Shown here: positions 1 to 11,790 of the stretch, piece after piece
Numbering within the stretch: the stretch's first letter is position 1
Layout of the letters: each line of letters starts with the position of its first letter
DNA from: Trichosphaerium sp. ATCC 40318
Lineage: Eukaryota > Protista > Tubulinea
Direction of reading: 5' to 3'
DNA length: 64,000 nt
Assembly: GCA_038496445.1 (NCBI GenBank)
Contig: JALMLS010000504.1
Coordinates: forward strand, 132,399-196,398
Notes under the pieces: generated by a model
Told to the model about the DNA's origin: nothing
Seen by the model: the letters and a program-made list of their open reading frames with translations, nothing else
The model's database searches: none
Translations under genes and position numbers: made by a program

Positions 1-2844
1 TATACTACCGTAGTCGCGAAGGAGTGGCGTATAACGACACATCACCTCCTTTTGAAACAGCTATACTGGAAGGACGACCTAGGGTAAGAGACGTTAGCCT
101 GGGAATACTTGGGAAGCCACAAAACCCTCGTACACAAAAAACAGCGAAAAGACTATCTCTCCTGCACACCTTCTTTGGACAGTTTGTTATGCATGATATA
201 ACTCAAGTACGTGCGGTTATTTTGGGGACAAGTTCGTACTTTTTTTTTTTTTTATCACGTGACAGCACGCAAAAACTAAATAGGGTTTTTAAATAGACAG
301 CAGAATTAGACACGCCTAATGATCCACTCCGCGAAGATACTTTGGATACTCTTATACTTCGTGATGACGACCCTTTTCTGTTCCTTCGTACGTTATTCGA
401 CAGTCCTCCGAAGACAAGGTGTTTTATCCTGTCGTTCATTTTCATTTTATGCGAAAAACGTTTAAAATTATCGTTGAGCAGGTTTTCACCCAATTTGTTA
501 GCTTTCCCTCCGTTTAGCAGAAAGACAGGTCTTGGTCCATTTCCAACACCTGTTGGAATTTCCAGATCGCGAACCCAGATAGTTGATGACGTTAGAGAAA
601 TTATAAATGAACAGACACATTTCCTTGACCTTTCGACTATTTATTGGCACAATAAAACATACCAAGACGCCTTCAGAACAAGTACGCACAGTTGTTCTTT
701 CGCATTATATGACTGTTTTGGCCAACGTTGCATTGCTAACTCGATATTACGCAGATGTTGGAGGTGAAATGATTGTAGAAGATCACGAGATTGTATCCGC
801 TTATAACCCTGATAATCCAACAATTGGTACAGAGAATCCTGAGAGGAGAAAGTTGTTTGGAACGCTTCCAAATATAGATACGACACGTGAGCATCATTCA
901 AAGACAACGCTGTTTGTTACTCACTTACGTGGTTTATAGAGACTCCAAATGGTAGAGGACAGCATGGAGATGACCCTCGAGAAACTGTTTTCGCAAGCGG
1001 AGATGAACGAAGTTCATCAGTACAAGGTCTTACTTCGATACATCATGTTTTTTATCTTGAACACAATAGAATTGCAAAAGAGCTTCAATCCCAAGTACAA
1101 CAACCCGTTTATTACTTTGCATTCCATTTCTAACAGGTTATTTTAAGAACCCTTCATGGACTGATGAAGAGGTGTTCCAAAAAGCAAGAGCTATAAACAC
1201 AGCTCAGTATCAACATATTGTCTACAATGAGTGGTTACCTTTGCTCTTTGGAGATTATCAGATAGCAAGATACCTTGGGTAAGCGTAAAATAGAACATCA
1301 CGTGATAGTGTTCCAACTATATTCTAACTTTGCAAAAGACGTTGGAGAGGATATAATCCTTCCGTCGATCCTCGTGTTTCAGCTCTTGTCAGCGGCGTTG
1401 CAAGTCGCTTTGGAATAACCGAAGTTCTTGATTTGACACCTACTTATGATAAATGTGGCAACCCTGATATCACGCTGGGATGGGGTGGTGTACTTATCCA
1501 AGGAACAAGCAATGGCGGTCCTGTTTTCCCATTAAGAATTGTACGTTTTTTTTTCTTCATAAAAAGTTTTCTCTTTATCTTATGTTCTTTTCATAGACTT
1601 GCGCAGCTGGAAGCTTTGATAATGTTCTACGTGCTATTATATACACACCAATAGAACAAATAGATCATATGGTATCAGATATTTTGAGAAACTTTAATAT
1701 TCCTGCACAAACCTCTGTTGGAGTTGGTAAGTGTCGAATTTTACTGTTTTACTTCATCCCAAAATCTCTTCTAATAGTTTATAGACGTTGTGTCTTTGTT
1801 CATGGCCCGTGCACGTGATAATGGTATAGCTGATTTCGAAACAGTATACAGCAGCTGGAATCCACTGGAACCTGGAACAACAAGCTTATATGATTTTTGC
1901 AATTCTACACCATTATCTGCAGTTGACGATGTAGAATGTTTCGAGTCATGGCTTGAACAATTCTCTGATGTACCTGACTTGGCCGCCAATACGAGAGACG
2001 TAATACATGAGTACTTTCATACCTTGCCTAATAACGTTACACAGGTATATCAAAAGCTTACTGCCTTGGACCCTTGGTTTGCTTTTTTGGCGGAAGAAAA
2101 AGAAATTGGATCAGCGATGGGTAGAACCTTATCCAAAGTGCTTCTTGACCAATTCCGACGTCTTAGAGATGGTGATAGGTTCTGGTATGAGAATCTTCCT
2201 TCTCTGGGTAACATGCCTGGTATCAATGAGCCTGGTCTGACACAAGGTATGTTAAACAAACTGCGGATATGCTATGTCTTAAAATACACCTGAGATTATC
2301 GCTTCTAACATTGTTCTTTAGCTGAACTTGACCAAGTCCGTCAAATAACAATGAATACAATACTTGAGAGGATAACTGATGGTTCTGTGCCAGAAGAGGC
2401 ATTTATAGCACCACTTTCTGGTGATAATTCTTGCGCAACAGTTCCTAGCATAAGAATATTGAGTGGAGCAACTGTTTTGAAAGAAGCGTTGTTTAATGGG
2501 AACATTATTGATGTCACTGATGTTCAAACACCAACTGTAACAATTGAAGCGTCAACAGTTGGACCTGTTGGGTCAGTTACTTTTGACATAAGCGGTGTAG
2601 GGTCACCACAGTCAATGTGCGTCTCACATTCCTTGTTTTTTCTTAACTAACACACGACAATAGAAACGTGAATTTACCTGCAAGTGTAACGTTGCCTTTG
2701 AATTCTAATCCAATATGTGACTCTCAAAATGATGAAGTTGATTTAACTATTGTTGCAACTCCATTCAGTCAACAAAACGGAGCAGGTGACTCTGGTTTCC
2801 CTCTTGTAACTATCATTACTATAGTAGGAAATAGTCAATGCTAA
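1..2844 (+). CDS. Animal-type (peroxidase-cyclooxygenase family) heme peroxidase homolog, 5' end outside window, multi-exon; proximal His absent
   Basis: Spliced exons give FGQFVMHDIT, TDEEVFQKARAINTAQYQHIVYNEWLPLL, GYNPSVDPRVS..ASRFGITEV, ARARDNGI and LLDQFRRLRDGDRFWYEN. Stop TAA at 2842-2844. Confidence 0.85.
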
Positions 2845-3299
2845 AAGCCAGTCATCACATGCCATTACTTTTTGGATGTTTGTCTGTTTTGTCAAAATAA
2901 AACTGTATCTGATATGAATTAGTTATTGGACTATCATTGTTAATAACGACTTGAAGCACAAGCCTTTAGCCAATTTTTAAGTACATTATGTTTGATGGTA
3001 TTCCATATTTTATGTCCTCCTATTGTGTTTCAATTCTGTTCGCTTGATCAGATCGCATTGGAGCTATTTTTTCTCCAAAAAACCTCAACCTGGAACGATA
3101 CAAATGTGTTAGTAGTACACGTGCAATTACGCTAGGTCAAGGTCCCGTGCAAAACAACCGATGGCAGCGGATTCAAAATCAATGACGAAAAATCGAAATG
3201 ATAACGTAATGACACGTGCGTTTTACCTCGCTTCCACAGAAACGGTAACTGATAGTAAAACACGTGCTTTTAAATACTAGCTACCTCCAACGTGCTTCC

Positions 3300-5363
3300 A
3301 TGTATCCAAAGCGAAGTCAGTCCGAGGTAGATAGCAAAGGAGCTGAGAATAAACGCCATCTGAGGTAAGAGAACTGGATAAAGTCACAAAACGCTGTTTT
3401 TTAATGCATGTATTTTAGCCAAATGGATAAATACACACCGTCTGACTCTCGTACAAAGGTTAACGCAAACCTCTTTACACTGCCTAATGAGATTTTGGGC
3501 GTCATTCTCTGTTTTACTACCAAAGCACGTTATTCAGCCGCTCAGAGTTGTCACAGACTTGCCGCAATCGTTCATGATGTTATTGGGTACTACAGCGCGA
3601 CGTTGAAGACGATAGATGATGCCAAGGCTTTCGCAAAGTACAAGGGCGCTCTACAACACACCAATGTAAAAGTACTCAAATCAGTGCCAAGTGAAGGCAT
3701 CAAACTGCTTAAAGGCGTTCGTAGTGTCAATCTCAAGTATACCAATGTAACAGACGAAGCATTATCGTTCTTATCAGGTGTACACACCATCAACCTAAAG
3801 AGAACTCTGATAACAGACAAAGGTACTCATTCAAACTTAAACACGTGGACTGTCCGGTCTGAAAACACTCATCAGTTTAATACAACCATCTCCAATCACA
3901 TTTTTCTAATTTTATTCAACGATACCATCACGTTTTTTTTAAAAGCTTATCACGTGTTAGGTTTAAAAGCGCTTAAAGGTGCTCATACAATCAATCTTCA
4001 AGGAGTGCGAAGAATTACAGATGAAGGTATAAAAGCGCTTAAAGGTGCTCATAGTATCGACCTGAGACAAACCAAAGCAACAGACAATTCAATAAAAGTA
4101 TTCTCTGGGATTCACACTATTAATGTTGGTCGTACTAGAGTAACAGATGAAGGCATCAAAGCGCTTGCTGGTGTTCATACTATTGGCCTTGATAGAGCAA
4201 GGAAAGTTACAGATGAAGGTCTGAAAGCGCTTGCTGGTGTTCACACAATAGATTTTGACAACTGCAGGTGTACTATTGATGGTATAAAAGCGCTTAAAGG
4301 AGTTCACAAGATTAATTTGGCTGGAGCGGTTACAGATAAGATGCTCATGGTTCTGGCAGGTGTTCATACGATTGATCTTAGGTCTTGTTATCAATTTACA
4401 GATGAAGGTGTAAAAGCTCTTGCTGGGGTTCACACAATTAACCTGGAAAGAACTACAGTTACAGATGAAGGTGTGATACCACTTGCTGGTGTTCATACAA
4501 TTAGCCTTAATGATACCATGGTTACAGAAAGAGGTGTCAAAGCACTTGCAGGGGTTCATACAATTAGTTTAGACGGAATTTCAATAACAGATGAAGGCTT
4601 GAAAGCACTTGCGGGCGTCCATACAATCAGACTTGGAATGAATCAGGAATTTACAATTAAAGGAATGAAAGCTTTGGCAGGTGTTCATACTATACACCTT
4701 CCAGCATGTGATATTCCAGAACAGGGTGTTATATCACTGGCCGGCGTGCACAAAATCAACCTTTGGGAATCTAATATCACAGATAAAGGTCTCAAAGCTC
4801 TTTATGGAGTTCACACAATTTATCTCGGTGGCACTAATGTTACAGATGATGGTGTAAAAACACTTGCTGGTGTTCACACAATACACCTTCGTTCTACAAG
4901 AGTGACTGATGAAGGTGTAAAACCACTTGCAGGAGTCCATTTCATTGACCTGGAGTACACTGAAGTTACAGATGAAACATTAAAAGCACTTGCAGGAGTT
5001 CATACCATTAAACTTGCCCATTCTTCCCTGATAACGGATGAAGGTATAAAAGCGTTGAGTGGTGTTCATACGATTGATCTTAAGGACACTAAAGTTACAG
5101 ATGAAGGTGTCAAAGCACTTTCAGGTGTACACACTATAGATCTAGAGAGCACTAAAGTTACAGATGAAGGTGTAAAAGCACTTGTTGGCGTCCACGAAAT
5201 TTCTCTTAGATTTACAAGTGTTACAGATGAATGTGTTAATGCCCTAGCAGGTGTTCACACTATTAAAATGGGAGGAACAAAAGTGAGTGACAAAGGTATA
5301 GAAGCACTTCAGCTGGCTGGCGCATTTGTTATATCAAGTGAAAACAATGAAGGTTTCTGGTAA
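3300..5363 (+). CDS. F-box-like N-terminus + ~21 LRRs (GVHTIxL..T.VTDEGVKALA), copy A
   Basis: ATG at 3300; introns 3365-3418 and 3823-3960 (GT-AG). F-box-like LFTLPNEILGVILCF followed by ~24-aa LRRs. Near-identical inverted paralog at 30432-32508. Confidence 0.9.
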
Positions 5364-5839
5364 AATGTAGAGGGAATCATTTTGGTTCTATAAGATTAAT
5401 TTAGGTCTTAGATAGAAGAATAAACAAACTTTTTAGAGTAATCTAAAACATTTCAGTCAAGCTAATAATATTTTTTACAATACACATTTTTAATGGTTGT
5501 ACATGTTTTACTCCGTTACATATATTTTGATAAACTTCAGTTGACTTGTATAAATCAGCAACAACATACAAAGCTTAAACAACATGGCAAGCAGGAGCAA
5601 TCACCCACATCTCCCAAAAATCTCCTTTATAGTTTATCTTCTCCAAAAACCTTTCTTTTATTTTCTGAGTGTTCTTATATAATTATACCAAATACTTGGT
5701 GCTGTGCTAGAGCCACAAGATATTTTGTCTTTCGCCCAACATCGTCTATAGTTAGTTTTCTGCGGTTAGATAGAAGAGAGTAAAATGACAGTGATAGAAC
5801 TCTATCACTTTAAACAGTGAAATCAGATCTTTATTATTT

Positions 5840-6330
5840 GTTGTTCGTTGTGTTCAAAGGTAGCAAGAGGAAAACACTTGGTTTCTCAATATCCAAATTG
5901 TCAACACTGACTTTCCAAACCTACACAGCATTTAACTATCTACTAGTTTTGGTGTTAAAAATAATCAAACCTTTACCTGAATACTAAGAGGTTTGGGTAG
6001 GTCACATGTTTGAGGATCATTTCCACATACAAACCATCTGTATTCGTAATAATATGATGTTGACTCTTGTTTCTTGTAACCCAAGCGATTGTAATGTGGA
6101 TGATCATACTTACGATTGGCGACTGTTCAATAACAAAAACGCTGCTGAAACTGTGGGCTATTGTTGTTGCACAGACAATACTAGAGCAATAGGATGGAAA
6201 TGGATATTGTGATGGGGGATTTGGTGCTATCGATGACACTTGAGCTCTAGGGAAAGCATACTTGGCTCTCACTGTAATATGCAGCAACAACGTGAGCTAC
6301 AAAATCAAGTTTGCCTCCAACAATAGCAAT
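5840..6330 (-). pseudogene. Decayed partial copy of the MRH-like repeat gene (27559-29181)
   Basis: Nucleotide match to about 28290-28625 and 28950-29075 (SIAPNPPSQYPFP; cacatgtttgagg...catacaaaccatctgtattcgtaa). The intervening exons are deleted and the frame is disrupted. Confidence 0.75.
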
Positions 6331-6382
6331 ACAAAAAAAAAATGTGATTGACTAACTTTATTGTCGTGAAGTACAAGTTGTA

Positions 6383-7870
6383 TTAGTTCATAGTAATACT
6401 ACCTGTGTACGTATTACAATCGAACTGTATAGTAGCTTTGGTCCATTTACGAACAAATACACCACTATTACTTGATGTTTCATGACAAACCTCCGTTGGT
6501 GTTCCGTAGTCTACTTTTAGTTCATCTGGGAACAAGTATGGTTTTCCTCCAGCTCCTGGAGGATCGTTACCTTTTGAACAACCGCTCCAACCATATCCAA
6601 GCCATGCGTAAGGTCCTCTAACCAGCAGGAAACCTGCCAAGTCTTCATTGAACTGAGGAAGAGGAGAGACATGCTCATCTATTGTGTACTAAAACAAAAA
6701 AAAAGTCAGTGTTTTCTTATTTAGTCTAAAAGTTGTTTTACCTTGTAGTACAAAGCATTGGTATATGCTTCAGAGTCTTTGTTACATTCAGCTCTGAATG
6801 TAAGCGCACATTTTTCTTTTGTAGGCGTTGCAAAACCAGTAAACTGTTGCCAACTCCATCCACCTTTTCCAGCAATAGCAGCATGTACTTTGGCAATATT
6901 CGCTCTCCAAGTTGTATAAATCGCTGTAGTGTCGGTTTGTGTGAGACCCATATCTGCTGTACAATAGTAGTCTTCTTCAGTCGCCCCACCTTATAAAAGT
7001 CAGAAAAAAAGAAACGAATAATCCGATAAAATGCAATACCGTATTTGGAGTGATCGCAGAATCCCTGCTTTGGTTGCCATCCTTGTCTGTTTGCAGGGTA
7101 ATCTGTCCAGCCATCATCAAGATAAAATCCAGATATCTGAGGATTGCCAAGGCCTAAAAACGTTAGGAACAAATAACAACGGCTAAAAAGCCCAGAACTT
7201 GCCTGTTTCGCCAAGAATCACGTGATTTATCAAATAATCCGTTAATGTCGTATTACGATGATCCCAAAGGTATTCACCACATGGAACGCCTCCACAGTCG
7301 CATGGGTCGGTACAAGAACCATCTCCGTGAGGATGTTGAGGTGTTTGATCTTGATCATGATAAAACTCTGTACAAAGAGGAGGATCGTAGTTTTTGTCGC
7401 ATTGAGGCACGTGATAATTATTTTTACCAGAGAACTTTAAAAACCACCCAACGTAAGCAGAGTCCGTTATCTTTGTGCGTACATTCGTATACCAAGGAAG
7501 CGCTGATCACGTGCGTTAGTAAAAAGGCAAGTAAAAAAGAAATTAAACCGACGTTACCTTTGACAAGGTTTCTGTACACGAAAACTTTTGTTTTCGGATT
7601 AACGGCCTTTACAAGTTTCACTTGTTCCACCAGTAGCTCCTCACAGTTCATTGGTTTTGCGTTAGCCCATAACTGCTTCGCATTACTCCAATCAAAATCA
7701 GCAATACCGAACTGAGCAGCAAACTTGGCATCGAAGAAGCCAGAGTCATTACAAGGCATAAATATAGTCGACATTTGCATATCATAAGTTGGCGTCCAGT
7801 TTGGCGTTGTACCGCAGTACCCCAACGCCAATAAGGCGATGAATACTGCTAGAGATGCGTCGTGTATCAT
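6383..7870 (-). CDS. Secreted putative glycoside-hydrolase-like protein (GHL15/PF14885-like, tentative)
   Basis: Signal peptide MIHDASLAVFIALLALGYCG. Motifs VKAVNPKTKVFVYRN, EYLWDHRN, ISGFYLDDGW, AGFLLVRGPYAWLGYGW, DYGTP...GVFVRKWTKATIQFDCNT across GT-AG introns. Confidence 0.65.
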
Positions 7871-8172
7871 ATGTTGGTTTGGGTAATGGCTACTTATTTC
7901 AATGTGCACCGGCTGGAACAAGGAATATTACTTCACCTTTTAACTTGTTTTTTTTTTCCGAGTTCTCATCCAAACGCGCCAATACAAGGGTAGCTAACTT
8001 GATGCGCCTATCCACTATCTTAATATGCCGAATTATGAGCTATTTACGTGTGAGAATATCTTTTAACCGTCGGCTAAGATGACCGAAATCAGAATTTTTT
8101 GCGAAATTAACGTCTGCATCTTCAGAGTTACATTTTAACAAGTATCTTTGTACAATACATCTTTTATTATTA

Positions 8173-11100
8173 TTAGACAGTGAGAGAGTTACAAACATCT
8201 TCCATTGAAGGCCTTTCATCTGGGTCTATCTGCCAACATTTCTCCATCACAGCCATGTATTTCTTGGGTGTCAAGTCTTCATTGACCGCAGGTGTAACAC
8301 CTTTATCTCTGATACGAACTGCCAAATTTAACATATCGTCTCCAACCTCTGACCAAGGCTCTGTCTCATGAAAAACTTCAAACTATAGCCACAAATGTAA
8401 GCAAACAATATCTCTCAAAGGTGCACGTGACAAAAGGGTCGTACAAGGAAACTAGCAAATGACCAAACATCTGATTTTGGAGAATATTTCTTTTTCATGT
8501 TCTCTGGTGCCATCCATCTATAACATTATTAATATCAGTCTCTTGTGTTCTAATATAGTATAATATACCGTATTGGACCGATGGAGCTTTTTGTTTTGGC
8601 ATAGTTTGTCTCGTCAGTGCCAAGGAGTCTTGACATACCGAAATCACTTATTTTTGGTGTGTTTGATTTGTCTAGCAACACGTTTCGCGCTGCCAGGTCT
8701 CTATAGTATCATATTAGTAATTTTATTGTCTAGTGGTTATCAACATTACCTGTGTATGATGCCTTCTTTGTGTAAGTGATGAAGACCCTTTGCAACACCC
8801 AATATGATTTTTTCTTTTTGTTTCATTGATAGTTTTGAAGAATCTGAGAAAAGAAGAGTGTCCAAAGATCCACCTATTAAAAAGTACGGTTACATAAAAC
8901 GATCAAGTCAAGTAAAGCAAAAAGTAAACGAACCAGCCATGAATTCCATTACTAGCAAGTAAATCATATCATCTTTGACACTCACACCAAACACCTAAAA
9001 ATATAAGAAAAAAGAAAGAAAAAGCAACGATATTTTTTCAGTACCTGCACGACATTGTTATGAGGTCTCAACTCAACCATAAGTTTGGCTTCTGCAACAA
9101 AGCTTTCTGTAGCAGCAACATCCGAACAAAATTTTATAGCAACACTATTGAATCGCCAAGTTCCTTTCCTCACAACTCCATAACTTCCAGCTCCTATTCT
9201 TTTTCCAAGTTTTAATTCATCATAATCGATTAACCACGTGTGGTCCATGTTGTTATGCAACGCTTTTTCCAAGCCTTGACTATCTAAGTTCAATGTTAGA
9301 CTATATTTATTTTATGCAATAAAAGTACCACTACTGAGAATCTCGACAGGACCGTAAACTGAGTCGCCTACCAATCCAATAATTAGTTCAGAAAAAAATA
9401 GGAAAAAAAAAAGTTTACAACAAACCTTTGTCATTAGAATCATTAACACGTGGATCTAATGAAATTAGCTAGATTTATGTATCTCTTACTTACTTATTGG
9501 TTGGGTATCCATTGTAGTCTCTCCGTAATTTGTTTCTGACTTAACACGTGTTTCTAAAACCAATATAAACTTAGGGCTTTGATCTAGAAATCATACCAGG
9601 TAAATTATGTGATGTTGATTCCGTCTTTTTCTTCTAATAAAAACGGTTATTCCATGAAATTAGACATGAGGCACAAACCTTTCGTTTTCTGAGCCAATAT
9701 ATTAACACTACAACTACGCATACACCTAAAATGACTCCAATAACAACAATAATGGCGATTAGTGCTGTTACTACTCCGGCTAGCCCTCCACCTTCCATAC
9801 TGTCTGTAGATGTATCTCCTTCGACAGGCGCGAGCGTAGGCGGAAGTGTTGGAAGGGCGCAAGCATTGCAGGGTTGCAATACCACCGCTCCAGATGTATT
9901 CTGTTCGATATTACAACATACTCCGTTACCTTTAAACTGTGAGACAAGTAGGTACTATCATATCTCGTTGCAACGTACGCATATCATTCACAGGCTCTAG
10001 TATCATAACAGTTAATACCAAGGTGTCTGCATTTTTCTCGTCTACCATCACATCTGCAATTTGATCGGAATGGCCGCGAACTTGCATGGCTATTCGTTCT
10101 CCAATAACTTGGAGGGTCTCAGAACGATTTTCACTAATGGTAACCTCATAAATGAATTCTAGTAAATATTTAGACGCTAAAATCACGTGCGGCATACCCT
10201 TGAAAACACATTGTGAAACACTTAAAAATGTGTTTTGGTTGGCTTTAATAGTGCGAGTAGCTCCTTGCTCTACCACTGGTTGTGCCATTCCATCTCTAGT
10301 TATGGTATAGAACTAATACATGCATTAGATTTTCTATAAATTGCATGTGGTAAAGACATGCAGTGCCAGTTCGATCAAGTAGAATCATAGTATCACTTGG
10401 TTCTATAAGTGTCTAAATAGTTTATTTCGTCAGTAGTCGTATTTTTAGACAAATGTTAAACGTACAACTATATCAGCACATGGTCTAGCCATTGTGGCTT
10501 CGCGACTAAAATCTCCTGTTCCTTGTCTTTGGTATAACCCTGCATCAGTTTCCGAGCACGCCCATACATCACCTTAATATTAAATCATTAACAAAATCCT
10601 TTCTCAGAAACAAAGATAAGCGGGCGCTTCATCGCCTCTTTAACATACCTGAGTTAATTTCAGTGACTTTATACGGCCCCGCATTCGTAGAAGGCACAAC
10701 AATACGTCCAAATGGTATGGTAAGAGAACTATCATATCTCTAGATATTTGTAAGTGGCTGATGAAGAAAAAAAAACAAAGTTGTAATTACATAAAGCTGT
10801 TCGTCTGCAACTACAAGTAACAGATTAAGACTAAGTGAATCCTCATTGCTTAATGTAATATCCAGAGATGTATTACGAGATGGTTGGTTAGGAGGAAATT
10901 GCACTTTAACACATTCTTCATTGCCACCTGGCGCGATAAATTGACCTGCAGCAAAGCCACAAAGATACCATTCGTTAATAGGAGGACCATTATAACACAG
11001 ATACGCAAAGTCGAAGTCTTCGTTGCCAGACAAAGCTACAACTTCGCACCTTAGGCATCCGTTAACATTATTTGTGTAAATAGTACGTACGAGCGTAAGT

Positions 11101-11564
11101 TATTTCGATTGGTAAGTGCTTCAGGCATTTTTACATTGTATTGGTATCCCACTGAACCGAATGTTTTAACGAAAAGGTTGTCTGCTGACCTAAAGGCTTA
11201 AATTTTATACACATAACACGAGCACGTGCTCATTTATCAAGTTGTCTCTTTAAAATAATTAGTTCTCACCCATACATTCCAGCTATTGTCTGGTTTTTGT
11301 CGTCATCTTCTGTTTTTAATAGGTCCAGTATTATACATGCGTCTGTAACCAAACTATCAGTACTATCAATAATACAAGCTTCTATTTCCTGTTCACAGGC
11401 TCCCAAGCATTCAGTTCCGTCAAAAGTATTGCTAGCTTATATTTGCTTTAAAAAAACGTGTATTTCACTCAAACGCTACCTGTATAAGTGCAGTACTCCT
11501 GATTTCTCACCAAATGAATATAATACACGCTAATTAAAGCTAAAACAGCGAATACCGCTCGCAT
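8173..11564 (-). CDS. Single-pass receptor kinase with tyrosine-kinase-type motifs (TK/TKL)
   Basis: Signal peptide at 11564 and Cys-containing ectodomain. TM segment [32 protein letters not shown]. Kinase motifs GAGSYG, VAIK, HRDLAARN, DFG, GPIRWMAPE. Confidence 0.85.
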
Positions 11565-11790
11565 CGGTGCCACGTTTTATTCAAACTTGTTGGTGTAGAA
11601 AACTCACCAAATTTGGGTTAACGACAACACTAATTTCCCGGTCTTATCACGACGTTACTCACAGCGAAATAGTAGACTTCATGTGTTGTTTTTACGGATT
11701 GGTAAAGTGAAAACACAACACGAAGCTCCCCGGTACAAATATAGCACAGCCAGCGCACCACTCAAAAATGAAGAGCGTGGTTGCTTGAGT

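Noticed and set aside
3408-3960. ORF-track 651-aa LRR protein including THSNLNTW...AYHVL and the start MYFSQ
   Set aside because: 3823-3960 is a 138-nt stop-free GT-AG intron (frameshifted in the paralog), and the ATG at 3408 lies within intron 3365-3418.
3961-5300. 72-bp periodic DNA (acagatgaagg...gcacttgc.gg.gttca.ac.at) as a CRISPR-like or DGR-like array
   Set aside because: The periodicity is explained by LRR coding. There are no identical repeats with unique spacers, and no intact RT or template-repeat pair nearby.
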